64,000 nt of DNA, taken from positions 34,129 to 98,128 of the forward strand of contig DASZAJ010000002.1 in assembly GCA_035945215.1 (NCBI GenBank), read 5' to 3'. This DNA comes from Thermoplasmata archaeon (lineage in GTDB: Archaea; Thermoplasmatota; Thermoplasmata; Lutacidiplasmatales; UBA184). This document shows positions 49,038 to 59,288 of this stretch, one piece after another. A model generated the notes under the pieces. It was not told the origin of the DNA and searched no databases. It saw only the letters and a list, made by a program, of their open reading frames with translations. A program made the translations under genes and the position numbers. Each line of letters starts with the position of its first letter. The first letter of the stretch is position 1.

Positions 49038-49328
49038 CTAGCCCAGGACCTCGATCAATCGATTTCGGAACTTGGTACGGCCCACGTTTCGAACCGCGTG
49101 GATCTCCGGGGCGCGGTCCCAGACAAAATCTCCCCGGCGCAAGGTAAGCCTCAGGGTTCGGCCATCCGATCCGATGAGCTCGAGGCGAGCCGGGTCAAGA
49201 CAAATCGAAAGGTATGGGTGATCGTGTCGGTGGAGCGGATAGGTTTCGCCCGGCTTCAACACCATCTCCCAGACCCTGATTCGCCGGTTCCGAAGTAGGA
49301 GCGTATCGGCAATTGGGGTTCGGGGCAT
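49038..49328 (-). CDS. Cupin-domain protein
   Basis: LKPGE...HRHDHPY and IHAVRNVG. Confidence 0.85.
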   Translation of the reverse strand: MPRTPIADTLLLRNRRIRVWEMVLKPGETYPLHRHDHPYLSICLDPARLELIGSDGRTLRLTLRRGDFVWDRAPEIHAVRNVGRTKFRNRLIEVLG

Positions 49329-49654
49329 GGGGTTAAGGAATCCCGTTCGAAGATAAACTCAGTCATGTCCCGGGGCCGAATACCGAGCTGACGCGGCCCC
49401 ATCGGTGGCCTCCATCGGTTGGAACGGTTCTCCGATCGACGAAGACCTTGGGCTCGGCGGGGGAGAGTCCAACTCAGGTTGGCCCCACGTTGAACTTCGG
49501 GTCGCGACACTTTCCCCGGCGAGGACCCTGCGACCGGTCCATGGACCGACGAATCGAGGTGATCAGTGCCCGGCGGGCGAAGACGCGATTGCCCGGCTCG
49601 CCGATACAGGGCCAACTCGCCGCCGCTGGGTGCGACCCCCCGGATTCGGGGGGC

Positions 49655-50494
49655 CTAAGGCACCGGCGGGCGACCCTTCTCGCGGGGGAACGTCGTCCGC
49701 TTGGACAGAGGGATCTTGGTCGTTCCTAAGCTGCCGTTCGCTGCAAACTCGAAAATCTCGAGGACCGAGGCCTCGCGGCCGCGCCCCACCCAGGGCAACG
49801 TGGCCTGAGCCGAAGGAATGCCGAGCCTCCGGATTCTTTCCTCGATCGCATTCCCGGCATCGAACGGGATCGCGGAGCTAACTTTCCCCCGTTGAGTGTG
49901 AAGGGTGATGACCCACCCTTTCGGCGGGTCGGCGGCGCGCTGCGGGCTGGTATAGACCGCGTGGGACATGGAACCTCTGAGGTTGGGGTCGCTCCACGAG
50001 AACTGTACCGGGCCCCCACGACGGGATTCGACGGTCAGTCCCTGATCATCGAAGCATAGTTCCGTGGGTTCGTTCATGAGAGCGCCGATCGCCGCGATTG
50101 CGAGCAGGCCCGCGCCCAGGGCAATGAGGCTCGAGGCGTCCGTAATCGGATCTCGGACCGCCCCGATGGAAGCAAGCCTCAGCCCGGGGAACAACACTAC
50201 TCCGACAGCTAGAATAATGGCGCCCGCGACGGCGAATACTATACGGCCAATTCGTGAGACCGCCGCGCTGCTTCCCGCCGGACGAAGGTCGACGACTTGC
50301 GGTCCCCCACTGGGAAGGGGTGAACCACTGCCCGGAGTCGCCCCGACCCCCACAGGCCGGATGAACCACGGGTTGCCAAGAGCTTGGCGACCGCCAGGCT
50401 TGATGAACTGAATCCCATCGGTCGGAGAGGGAGAAGCCTCCTCGAAGACGGCGGCCCGACTAGATCGCCCCACACGTCTGCCTCCCGAGCTCAC
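49655..50494 (-). CDS. Hypothetical membrane protein (2 TM plus a PH-like segment; true start probably downstream)
   Basis: Two hydrophobic helices followed by ELCFDDQGLTVE...FSWS. Confidence 0.55.
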   Translation of the reverse strand: MSSGGRRVGRSSRAAVFEEASPSPTDGIQFIKPGGRQALGNPWFIRPVGVGATPGSGSPLPSGGPQVVDLRPAGSSAAVSRIGRIVFAVAGAIILAVGVVLFPGLRLASIGAVRDPITDASSLIALGAGLLAIAAIGALMNEPTELCFDDQGLTVESRRGGPVQFSWSDPNLRGSMSHAVYTSPQRAADPPKGWVITLHTQRGKVSSAIPFDAGNAIEERIRRLGIPSAQATLPWVGRGREASVLEIFEFAANGSLGTTKIPLSKRTTFPREKGRPPVP

Positions 50495-50610
50495 CAGAGT
50501 TGTGGCGATCGGGAGCGAATCGCGTTTTGGTCAATTGAGGAACCACGCCTGACCGCTAGTCTTGCCAAGACCCCGGCGCCACCTACGTTGATAACCTTGG
50601 AGTCGTAGGC

Positions 50611-51462
50611 ATGCCCATGGGGAACGCCGAAGGAAAGGTGGCGCTGGTCACGGGTGGGACTTCCGGCATCGGGAAGGCGGCCGCGATCGGCCTCGCCCGA
50701 GCGGGGGCTAAGGTAGTCCTCTTCTCGAGAGACCCCGCTCGAGGGGCCGCCGCCGTTGCGGAGATTACACGTCTAGTGCCGGGCGCGTCCGTTGAGGTCG
50801 TCGACGGCGATCTTGCCTCGTTCGCTTCGATTCGAGCGGGCGTCGCGAAGCTATTGGCACGTTTTCCGACGATCAATATCGCGGTGTTCGCCGCCGGTGT
50901 CTTTCTGAAACACCGGAGTGAGACCGCAGATGGAATCGAACGAACCTTCCAGGTGAACTACCTGGGTCATTTTCTTCTTGCGAACCTCTTGGCGGACGCC
51001 CTCAAGCGGGGAGCGCCGAGTCGGCTAGTGGTCGTAGCTTCGAGGTACGGAAATGCGAGGATCCCGTTCGATGACCTGATGGTGACCCGGCGGAAATATA
51101 CGATCATGAACTCGGTCCCCACGACGAAGCTCGCCGAAGTGATGCTCGTCCAGGAGCTCGCAGAACGATGGACTTCGAGCGGGGTCGTGGTGAACGCGAT
51201 CCACCCGGGCCTCGTTTCCCACACCCACCTGCTCGATGAGGTCGGGGGTTTCTGGAAGTTCCTGACGACGCTCTTCGGAGGGACACCGGAGAAGGGTGCT
51301 GACACGGCAGTTTGGCTCGCAACCTCCCCGGATGCAGGTCAGGTATCTGGCCGACTATGGGCGAAGCGTAAGCCGATCCCGACACCCGGTGACGGGTCGA
51401 ATCCCGAAGCCCGAAAGCGCCTCTGGGAAGTGAGTTCGCAACTCACACATACCGGTCCCTAG
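50611..51462 (+). CDS. SDR-family oxidoreductase (retinol-dehydrogenase-like), non-canonical active site
   Basis: VTGGTSGIGK, FQVNYLGHFLL and NAIHPG; the YxxxK position reads VPTTK. Confidence 0.88.
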   Translation: MPMGNAEGKVALVTGGTSGIGKAAAIGLARAGAKVVLFSRDPARGAAAVAEITRLVPGASVEVVDGDLASFASIRAGVAKLLARFPTINIAVFAAGVFLKHRSETADGIERTFQVNYLGHFLLANLLADALKRGAPSRLVVVASRYGNARIPFDDLMVTRRKYTIMNSVPTTKLAEVMLVQELAERWTSSGVVVNAIHPGLVSHTHLLDEVGGFWKFLTTLFGGTPEKGADTAVWLATSPDAGQVSGRLWAKRKPIPTPGDGSNPEARKRLWEVSSQLTHTGP

Positions 51463-51815
51463 GCAGCGGCTTCGGGACCCGGTTTCGGCAGGTACTTCGC
51501 ACCCGCAGGTCAGGTCATCCTGTCGTCGGCCGAACTCGTGGCGAACGGGCCAACCCCCTTGCGGCATTGCCCGACGTGGCCCAGGACTGACCGCAGCCTC
51601 TGCGTCGACCGGCCCTCGGTGGCGAACGGCTCGGACCGGAAGGTTCGATCGCAGGGTCGAACCTGTCAATGGCTCTGTGTTGAACGCCTCAATCCCGTTT
51701 TCAAAAGACCGGTTGATGCGGCGCTGCGTTTGCGTGGAATTGGTCAATTTGTCATCGGGCGCACTATGAATCCGAGAGTCCACACGCAACGAGAATGCGG
51801 GTTCCAGTCGCCGAT

Positions 51816-52235
51816 CTATTTCTTGGATCCCATCGGGCGGGAAAGTGGAGACGTCACTTCCACGAGATTCCCGTCGGGATCGTAAATCTGGAAGTTCCTT
51901 AGTCCCATCATCGGCCGGTCTGCTGGCGGGGATGCGATGGCGACCCCTGCGGCCTTGATCCGAAGGTACTCCGAATCGGCATCGGCGACTTGGATGGCGA
52001 GGACCAATCCCTCCCGCCGCCACGCTCGCGGAGTGGGACCCCCGAGGCCCCCTACGGTCTTCCAGAATGCATGGTCGAGAAGGACGAGCTTGGTCGCGTC
52101 GGTAGCGAATTCGGCGTAGGGACTCTCGCCTTCGCCGTGGAGACCGATGACGTCGCGATAGAAGTGCAGAGAAGCCTCGAAATCTCGAACCACGAGCATC
52201 GGTCCGAAAAACGAGGGCGTCGGGGAGCTTTTCAC
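51816..52235 (-). CDS. VOC/glyoxalase-family protein
   Basis: LVVRDFEASLHFY and RNFQIYDPDGNLVEV. Confidence 0.9.
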   Translation of the reverse strand: MKSSPTPSFFGPMLVVRDFEASLHFYRDVIGLHGEGESPYAEFATDATKLVLLDHAFWKTVGGLGGPTPRAWRREGLVLAIQVADADSEYLRIKAAGVAIASPPADRPMMGLRNFQIYDPDGNLVEVTSPLSRPMGSKK

Positions 52236-52312
52236 CAGGAGCCCGACGACGGGGTCCTATATCTGAATCCCGTCTAGTAATTGAATTTAATCCGAGAGCC
52301 TGAGGCCGTTAG

Positions 52313-52888
52313 ATGGCGAGATGGGGCTACCCTCGAAGAGATACGGCGATGCTCGAGGCGCGCCGCTTCGAGGGCGCCGCCCTCCTGTTGCGTGGGATGA
52401 CTCAGCGTGAAGTAGCGCATCGGTTGGGGGTAAGCTTCACTGCGGTCTGGTCTTGGCGCCGGCGGCTCCATTCGCACGGCGTTGAGGGACTCCGAGCTCG
52501 GCGTCGGCCAGGCCGACCCCCCAAGGTCGATCGAATGATCCAAGCCGATCTTGCCCGGATCCTTGCGACGGATCCGATCGCTCGCGGACACACCGCAGGA
52601 GCTTGGACACTAGACCGACTGGCGTCGGAGCTAACGGTGCATTGGGGGGTTACGTACTCCCGAGGGGCGATCTGGCGGATCCTTCGCCAACAGGGATTTC
52701 GGTGGAAAGGGGCGGGCTCCTCCGACCGATCGAGGAATGGAGCAATCCGACAAGCCGCGGTGGACGCCCAATCGGGCTGGTCGCCCGGGCCTCGACTGAT
52801 CTTGCTGATCAGGTCGCGCAATCAACGGACCGCCAGGCAGGTAAAGCCGGGAAGAAGGCGAGAACGTCAACTCACGCTCCCCCGCTGA
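52313..52888 (+). CDS. IS630-type N-terminal HTH protein (OrfA-like) with no DDE partner
   Basis: TQREVAHRLGVS..AVWSWRRR, RRPGRPPK and WTLDRL...GVTYSRGAIWRILRQQGF. Confidence 0.8.
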   Translation: MARWGYPRRDTAMLEARRFEGAALLLRGMTQREVAHRLGVSFTAVWSWRRRLHSHGVEGLRARRRPGRPPKVDRMIQADLARILATDPIARGHTAGAWTLDRLASELTVHWGVTYSRGAIWRILRQQGFRWKGAGSSDRSRNGAIRQAAVDAQSGWSPGPRLILLIRSRNQRTARQVKPGRRRERQLTLPR

Positions 52889-52951
52889 CCGGGAATGACG
52901 GCGGCCAAATTGATGGGAGGGACACTTTCCGCGGGGCAGACCGACCGCTGA

Positions 52952-53293
52952 CTACCTTGCGGACAGGAAGAGCGATTCGATGAGCTTGTAATCGATCTGA
53001 CCCGTCGGGACGAAGCGGACGCAACCTTTCCCGACCTTCAACTTCCTGAGGCGCGCTCGATGTTTGGCGATGACCTGCTCCCCGACATAGAGCGAGATGT
53101 ATTGGACCTGGCTCGCAAACGCGAGGCCCACTGAGGGGCTGCGCCGGAAGGTCGGCATCCCGTATTCCATTCTTTCCTCAAAGCCGACCAGGGTCTTCCG
53201 GGCGATCGCTCGAATTCGGTCCATCGCTTCCCGCCGGTCCTCCGGCAGCTCCGCCAGGTAGGCATCCACCGTCTTTGCCTTGCTCTGGACCAT
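52952..53293 (-). CDS. DUF1801/YdhG-like protein
   Basis: TVDAYLAELPEDRR, EYGMPTF and GKGCVRF. Confidence 0.87.
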   Translation of the reverse strand: MVQSKAKTVDAYLAELPEDRREAMDRIRAIARKTLVGFEERMEYGMPTFRRSPSVGLAFASQVQYISLYVGEQVIAKHRARLRKLKVGKGCVRFVPTGQIDYKLIESLFLSAR

Positions 53294-53688
53294 TCCCGAA
53301 CTCTGCCCCTAACCCGGACCAAGATGCCTGGATTGCAGGGGATCTTGTAGTGGGTGAGAATCGGCCTGATATGACCCCGACTGCGCGGTCGTTGGCCGAC
53401 AGGGCCGCCTTCTCGGGCGACCAATGCCCTCGATCTCGGGGCTTCGGGCGACTCTACCATAGTTGCGCCGTCCATCACCCTTCCCCCACCCCCGAAGAGA
53501 ATCGGATCAAGGCGTTCGGCGTTGGGAAACCACGTCCGAGTGCGATGGCATGAATGCAGGAAACCGTCCTGCTCTCGATCACAACGAGATTGGATGCTCA
53601 CGGCGTGGGTCCCAATCACCGCGGACCGAGCCCCCCCGGCCTCCTCGAAAATCCTTTGCCAGCGAGGATTCTATCGACGCAATCCGCC

Positions 53689-54381
53689 ATGAAGGTCACG
53701 ACAGTCTTTTTCGACTTCGGCGGCACACTGGCCCACTACGCGCCACCGGGCGACGACCCCATCGCGGTGTGGAAATCCACGGGCGCCCAATTCGGACAAG
53801 AGTTCCCGAGGTCGAGCGTTGAAGACGCACTCGAGAAGGTCACCCGGAGTCTGGGGCGTGAGATCTTTGGGTATCGGGGACGAACACAGGAGTTCTGGCG
53901 CCGGTTCGACGGGGCGATCCTAGACGAGTTGGGAATCACCCACGATAGGGAGGGCCTTCTGCGGGCCTTCGAAGCGATATTCCAGGATCCTTCGCGCGTC
54001 GTGCTCTATCCGGAGGCACGATCGGCGCTCACGAAGCTTCGTGCACTCGGCCTTCGGACGGGGCTCATTTCGAATCACAGCGACGAACTATTGAAAATCC
54101 TCGAGTACCACCGCCTTACCCCTCTCTTCGATTCCGTAACCTACTCCCAAGAAGTCGGAGCCGACAAACCCGACCCGGCCATCTTTTTGGCCGCTTTGCG
54201 GAGATCGGCGTGTCAAGCGTCCGAAGCGGTACACGTGGGAGATTCTGTGAAGCAGGACGTAGACGGCGCCCGGAGGAGTGGGCTGATACCGATTTGGATC
54301 GACCGTACGGGTAGGGATGTTCCCGACCCTTGCCCAAGGATCCGCTCGCTCGACGAGATTCCAGAACTCCTTCGGAGATAG
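53689..54381 (+). CDS. HAD-superfamily hydrolase
   Basis: FFDFGGTL, LISN, KPDPAIF and HVGDS...DVDGA. Confidence 0.9.
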   Translation: MKVTTVFFDFGGTLAHYAPPGDDPIAVWKSTGAQFGQEFPRSSVEDALEKVTRSLGREIFGYRGRTQEFWRRFDGAILDELGITHDREGLLRAFEAIFQDPSRVVLYPEARSALTKLRALGLRTGLISNHSDELLKILEYHRLTPLFDSVTYSQEVGADKPDPAIFLAALRRSACQASEAVHVGDSVKQDVDGARRSGLIPIWIDRTGRDVPDPCPRIRSLDEIPELLRR

Positions 54382-54587
54382 GAGCCCATGGATGTCAAAG
54401 GCGGGGGCAATCCCCGGGCGGAAGGATTCCTGCCCTGAATGCGAGTGTGTTCCGCTTCGAGCGACGGCGCACGGCGTGGGGTCAGGATTCGCGGCAGGCC
54501 GCGATGCAGCGTGGACAGTGATCGGATCGGCAGTAGCTCAGTCCTAGCTCCATTTGACACACCGTCAAGTCTTATCGAATAAGCCGT

Positions 54588-55079
54588 ATGGGTGGTCCCA
54601 TGCCCGAAGACAGTCGGCGGGTCTACGCGACCCATCTCGCCCGAATCTCCAAGTCGATCGCCGTTCCGCTGCGGTACGCCTACGATTGGTGCACCGACTT
54701 TCGAACGGATGATGGCAAGTTCTCCCGCTCTAAACCCCGATTCCAAATGCTCCACCTATCGGAGGACCGGATCGTCCGAGTACGCCGCTCTCCACCGAAG
54801 GTCAAGCCGCTGAAGGTCGCCGTTGAACTGGTCCGACTGCACCCTCCCGATGCCTGGCACGTGGACCAGATCGATGAGGCGGACCTCGAAACTGTCGATT
54901 ACAAGCTCACTCGCCTGGGTCCGAAGAAGACGCGCCTCACCTTGGTTCTCGTCGAGCGCTGGATGGTTCCGAACTTTCCTCCCAAGGCCGACTGGGTCAA
55001 GGGCACCAAGCTCTACTGGGACAACTTAGTAGCCGCCCTAGAGGACCGCTACCGACAGGGTTTGCCGGCCCAAGGATAG
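54588..55079 (+). CDS. Hypothetical protein, possibly START/SRPBCC fold
   Basis: SKSIAVPLRYAYDWCTD at the N-terminus and a C-terminal YWDNLVAALE helix. Confidence 0.6.
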   Translation: MGGPMPEDSRRVYATHLARISKSIAVPLRYAYDWCTDFRTDDGKFSRSKPRFQMLHLSEDRIVRVRRSPPKVKPLKVAVELVRLHPPDAWHVDQIDEADLETVDYKLTRLGPKKTRLTLVLVERWMVPNFPPKADWVKGTKLYWDNLVAALEDRYRQGLPAQG

Positions 55080-55256
55080 GGCCCCTCGGGGTGCTCCTCC
55101 GAGTATCCGCTCGAGGCGGGAACTAGCAAGGGTGGGTATCGTCCGCAGGGTGATTGCCTCCATACGAGCCCTAGAGGGTGGATGTAGGGCCGAAGGACGA
55201 GCGGACCGAGCCGACCGAAGCTCGAGGCAAGCCCGTATCAAGAGCAAGAAGGCAGG

Positions 55257-56441
55257 TCACACAGGAGGGGACTCGGTCCGTCCGCGTGGGCCTCGGTAGA
55301 TCCCTTCTATTGCGATGATGGATGCAATGGTTGTCCCTACGGCGACCGCATAGAGGAGCGGGGCTCCTCCGAGTAGGAGGCTCAAGCTCCCCAAGAAGGG
55401 GCCCGCGCTCCACATCGTCGAATTGACGAGGGAGAATACCCCGAGATATTCTGCCCGATGCCCCGTGGGCGCGATTCGTGAGACGAATGCCAGCATCCCC
55501 GGCCCCATCAAAGCGAACCCTAGCCAACGAAGGACTTGGCCGGGGACGAACCACTGCCAACTCGTGGCGAAGGAAAAGAACAGCAACCCGGCGAGCATGA
55601 TCATCGTCCCGTAGAAAATCCCCCGGATCTCCCCGCGTCGGTCGATGTATCGGCCGAACGGGATCGAGACGATGCCCGCCGCCACCAACCCGGAGATCGC
55701 GATGATCGAAACGTCGAGGTTGCTCGCCCCCAGGTGGACCGCGTCCACCCCGTAGAATGTGGCGACCGCTCCCGCGCCGAGCGAGCGCACCGAGACGGCC
55801 ACGGCGAATACAGTGACTGGACGGAATTCACGCAGCGGCCTTCGGGTCGGAGAGGGGGTCTGGCGGAGGTCCGGAACCCAAAGGGCCACGACGAGGACCG
55901 TGCCCACCATCACCGCCGCGACGAAGTAAAAGACGACGCCCGGGCCGAACGGCAGCACCAGGGCACCCGCGACCACAAAGCCAACGATGCTACCCCAGGA
56001 CGAGGTGGCGTTCAATAGCCCATATCCGGTGCCCCGGGCCTGCGTCGCGCTGACGTCCGCCACGAAGGCATTCAACGCGGGCGCGGCGCACGAGAGGACG
56101 ACCTGGGCGGCGATGAATGCCGCGCCGCAAGCCAGGGCACTCGGCAAGAAGGGAATGGCGAGGAAGAGGGGAAACGACCCAATCTCGCCGAGGAGCAAGA
56201 AGGGTTTGCGCCGCCCCAACCGATCGGACCACCGACCGACCACCGGCCCCGTCAGGCTCGCCAGAATGTATCCCGCTGAGACGAGGCCCAATGCGAGAGC
56301 GTCGGACGCCCCTCGAGCTTCGACGAGGAAGAGGGGCATGTAGACCACGAACAAACCGCCCCGATTGCTGGCAAGCAATTGGTAGACTGCGAGCGTCCAC
56401 AGGGTCGTCGAGGAATCGGAGGACCCGACGCTAGTTGCCAT
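55257..56441 (-). CDS. MFS transporter (12 TM)
   Basis: GRWSDRLGRRK and GRYIDRRG motif A repeats. Confidence 0.9.
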   Translation of the reverse strand: MATSVGSSDSSTTLWTLAVYQLLASNRGGLFVVYMPLFLVEARGASDALALGLVSAGYILASLTGPVVGRWSDRLGRRKPFLLLGEIGSFPLFLAIPFLPSALACGAAFIAAQVVLSCAAPALNAFVADVSATQARGTGYGLLNATSSWGSIVGFVVAGALVLPFGPGVVFYFVAAVMVGTVLVVALWVPDLRQTPSPTRRPLREFRPVTVFAVAVSVRSLGAGAVATFYGVDAVHLGASNLDVSIIAISGLVAAGIVSIPFGRYIDRRGEIRGIFYGTMIMLAGLLFFSFATSWQWFVPGQVLRWLGFALMGPGMLAFVSRIAPTGHRAEYLGVFSLVNSTMWSAGPFLGSLSLLLGGAPLLYAVAVGTTIASIIAIEGIYRGPRGRTESPPV

Positions 56442-56751
56442 TGACCAACGTTGCCAGGGGATTGAGTACCTTGAATGTTGCCGGGTGCGAAGGATGCCCT
56501 GAAGGCTTCATCTGAGGCCGCCCTAGGAGGGGTCGAGTTTGCTAGCGACGCCCCCCCGGCTGATCTCTCGACGGCGACCCCCCCGAGGGGGGTCAACTTC
56601 TGGTCAATCGTCAGGATCCTTTCGCAGGCGTTGTCTTGACCATCGAGGGCGAATCCGCCGTTGAACTCGGTCCCCAGCAGTCTAGCCGAGGGGCAGTCGC
56701 CCACGTTTGTCTTCCGAACACGGCGCGAAGCTGCCCATAATCAAGTCAATC

Positions 56752-56772
56752 TTTATATAAACATAGATTTAT
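56752..56772 (+). promoter_or_regulatory. TATA box overlapped by an inverted repeat (candidate ArsR operator)
   Basis: TTTATATA at 56752-56759 and ataaa-cataga-tttat at 56757-56772, just before ATG 56782. Confidence 0.6.
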
Positions 56773-56781
56773 GCCTTGGCC

Positions 56782-57141
56782 ATGTGGAACCCAGGACAGG
56801 CGTTCGGCATCCTGGCGGAGCCGACCCGGTTGCGGATCGTGGAGCGATTGCGCGTCGGAGAGCAGAGCGTCGGGGAGCTCGTGAGTCGACTTTCGGTCTG
56901 CGAACCGGGGGTGTCGCGCCATCTCCGAATACTACACCAGGCCGGTTTCGTCCAGGTGCGCGCGGAGGGGCAGAGACACTTCTACTCGCTACGCCGACTT
57001 CCGTTTCAAGAGCTGGACGAATGGGTCCACGAATTCCGGGACGTCGTAGAAGGGCGCCTTGACCGACTTGGCAAGTTGATCGAGCTGGACGCCTCAGCAT
57101 CTCATCCCATTCGTCATCGGCCGGGGAGGACGCAGCCATGA
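56782..57141 (+). CDS. ArsR/SmtB-family regulator
   Basis: LAEPTRLRIVERL, SVGEL and VSRHLRILHQAGFV. Confidence 0.9.
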   Translation: MWNPGQAFGILAEPTRLRIVERLRVGEQSVGELVSRLSVCEPGVSRHLRILHQAGFVQVRAEGQRHFYSLRRLPFQELDEWVHEFRDVVEGRLDRLGKLIELDASASHPIRHRPGRTQP

Positions 57142-57656
57142 CGGCGCAGGCCAAGAACCACCCGCAGCCCGATGAGCGGGCAATCTTCACTCAGCCGAGT
57201 GAGTTTGAGACCCAGATGACCCGGATCTTCCGGGGCTCGCCGGAGAAGCTGTTTCACATTTACAACGACCCTGGGACGATCCCGCTCATCTGGGATCCCG
57301 ACCCAACAAAAGTTACGGTCGAAACACTGGACTTTCGAGTTGGAGGGCGATTCTCGATCGCCGTCCGAGGGGAGGGCGATTCCACGAGCCGGTTTATGGG
57401 CGAATTCCTTCAAATCATTCCCGGCCGTCGAACCGTCGTCCGTTGGCATGCGAGCAACCGGCCGGACTCCCCCGTCGTGGAGACCGATGATTTCGAGCCC
57501 GTCGGGTCGTTCACGAAGGTAACCATTCGCTGGCAGCATGTCAGCCATGAGGGTCGCGACCGGATGGCCGGCCCGGCGTTCGAATCGCTCATGAATGAGC
57601 AGTCGGCGAGGATCGACGAACTTCTCTCCACTTCGAATGCCGAGCGGAGGAGGTGA
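57138..57656 (+). CDS. SRPBCC/AHSA1-like protein
   Basis: TRIFRGSPEKLF and LDFRVGGRF; ATGA overlap with the ArsR gene. Confidence 0.85.
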   Translation: MTAQAKNHPQPDERAIFTQPSEFETQMTRIFRGSPEKLFHIYNDPGTIPLIWDPDPTKVTVETLDFRVGGRFSIAVRGEGDSTSRFMGEFLQIIPGRRTVVRWHASNRPDSPVVETDDFEPVGSFTKVTIRWQHVSHEGRDRMAGPAFESLMNEQSARIDELLSTSNAERRR

Positions 57657-57803
57657 GTCCTAAGCCTCCCCCGTGAAATCTTTACTCCGGCTCCAGTCGG
57701 GGGACGTCGCGGTGCGGAGTTCTCTCCGTAGGCACACTGCCATTGTCCCCGTCGAATGAGATCGCAGTGAACTTCGCCCGCAACGCCGGGGACACGGCTC
57801 GTT

Positions 57804-59288
57804 TCATCCCGCGGCAGCGGTTGCTTCCGGGATGGGGTCAGCGCTGGCTGGACGATGTTCGGTTCGATCGGTGACCGCTACGGAAATTAGGGCGCCGAGA
57901 ACCGATAGGATCGCCGAAACGGCCAGGGCATAGCGCAACCCCGATACGAACTGGCTGGCGGAGCGCAGACTCCCTTCGGCGGTGAATGCCGCGGTTGCGC
58001 CGGCGATGACAAACGCCCCCCCGAACCGTTGCATCGAATTGAAAATTCCCGATGCCTTCCCAAACTCCGCCCTTGGGACGGCGGAGAACGCCGCCAATGG
58101 GACGCAGGGAAGGACCATTGATATCCCGACCCCGGCGACAATGAGTGCGGGCACGAGCGCCTCGTACGATATCGTCGGGCTCGCGAGGTCGATGATCGCG
58201 GCCAGCCCCACCGCCTGGAGCAGCAACCCGATGATCATCAGTGGGCGAGGCCCGATTCGATCTGCCAATCGCCCTGCGAGAGGCGCTACGATGAGCGGGG
58301 TGGCGGTCCACGGAAGGAACCTGATCCCGGCATCAAAAGGGGAGTAGCCTAGGACGTACTGGAAGTATTGAGACATGAACAGCGCTGCCGAGATCAGCGC
58401 ACCCAAGCTGAGGAATGCGACGATATTCGCCGCGAGGAAGGTTCGATTCCGGAAGAATCGAGCCGGGAGGATCGGCGATTCCGCCGTACGCTCCCATATA
58501 GCCAAGGCTCCGAGTAGCACAACCCCGACCGCGAACGAAAGGATTACCTCCGGCGCGTACCAACCGAGGCTACCGCCGCGGATCAGTCCCCAAAGCAGGG
58601 CGACGCTCGCGGCCGTGACGATCGCGGCCCCCCCGAGGTCGAGACGCGACTCGTCGCCGTGCGATTCGGGGATCAGGCGCATGGAGAGCGCTGCTGCAAC
58701 GATCCCAATAGGCACATTGATCCAGAATATCCAATGCCAGGTCAGCGCTTGGGTGATCCCGCCTCCGACCACTGGGCCGGCCGCTACCGCGACCCCGGCG
58801 ACGCCGCCAAAGATTCCGAGGACCGCCCCACGTCTTTGTGGGGGAAAGGAGGCAACAAGGATCGAAAGGCTCGTCGGCATCACGATGGCCGCACCGACCC
58901 CTTGGACGACCCGCGCGAGGATCAGGACGACAATATCGGGTGAGAGAGCGCAGGCGGCCGAAGAAACCGAAAAGATGGTGAGTCCGAGAACGAACAGGTT
59001 CCGACGACCATACCGGTCCCCTAGCGACGCGGCCGTGATGATTCCGGCCCCAAAGGCGAGCAGGTAGCCGCTGAGGATCCACTGGAGGGACGCAACGTCT
59101 CCCCCCACGTCGTGATGGATGAGAGGCAAGGCCGTGACGACGACGAGGCCGTCGAGGACCACCATGAAGACTCCGATCGACGCAAGCGCGAGGGTCCACC
59201 TTGCATGCGCCGCGGCGGGCGGAGAACGTTGCAGGTCCGCCGGCGGTCGCTGGGCGGAGGTCGACTCACCTGACACGGCCACGAGCAC
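57804..59288 (-). CDS. DHA2 (EmrB/QacA) family MFS efflux pump
   Basis: FMVVLDGLVVVTALP, SLGDRYGRR and WHWIFWINVPIG; about 14 TM. Confidence 0.92.
   Translation of the reverse strand: MLVAVSGESTSAQRPPADLQRSPPAAAHARWTLALASIGVFMVVLDGLVVVTALPLIHHDVGGDVASLQWILSGYLLAFGAGIITAASLGDRYGRRNLFVLGLTIFSVSSAACALSPDIVVLILARVVQGVGAAIVMPTSLSILVASFPPQRRGAVLGIFGGVAGVAVAAGPVVGGGITQALTWHWIFWINVPIGIVAAALSMRLIPESHGDESRLDLGGAAIVTAASVALLWGLIRGGSLGWYAPEVILSFAVGVVLLGALAIWERTAESPILPARFFRNRTFLAANIVAFLSLGALISAALFMSQYFQYVLGYSPFDAGIRFLPWTATPLIVAPLAGRLADRIGPRPLMIIGLLLQAVGLAAIIDLASPTISYEALVPALIVAGVGISMVLPCVPLAAFSAVPRAEFGKASGIFNSMQRFGGAFVIAGATAAFTAEGSLRSASQFVSGLRYALAVSAILSVLGALISVAVTDRTEHRPASADPIPEATAAAG

Noticed and set aside
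51641-51664. GGTTCGA hairpin as a tRNA T-arm
   Set aside because: It is an isolated 8-bp inverted repeat (aggttcga/tcgaacct) between convergent genes, with no acceptor, D or anticodon arms.
56782-57141. This ArsR as the arsenic regulator of arsC
   Set aside because: It lacks the multi-Cys As(III) site, is coupled to an SRPBCC gene and lies about 39 kb away.
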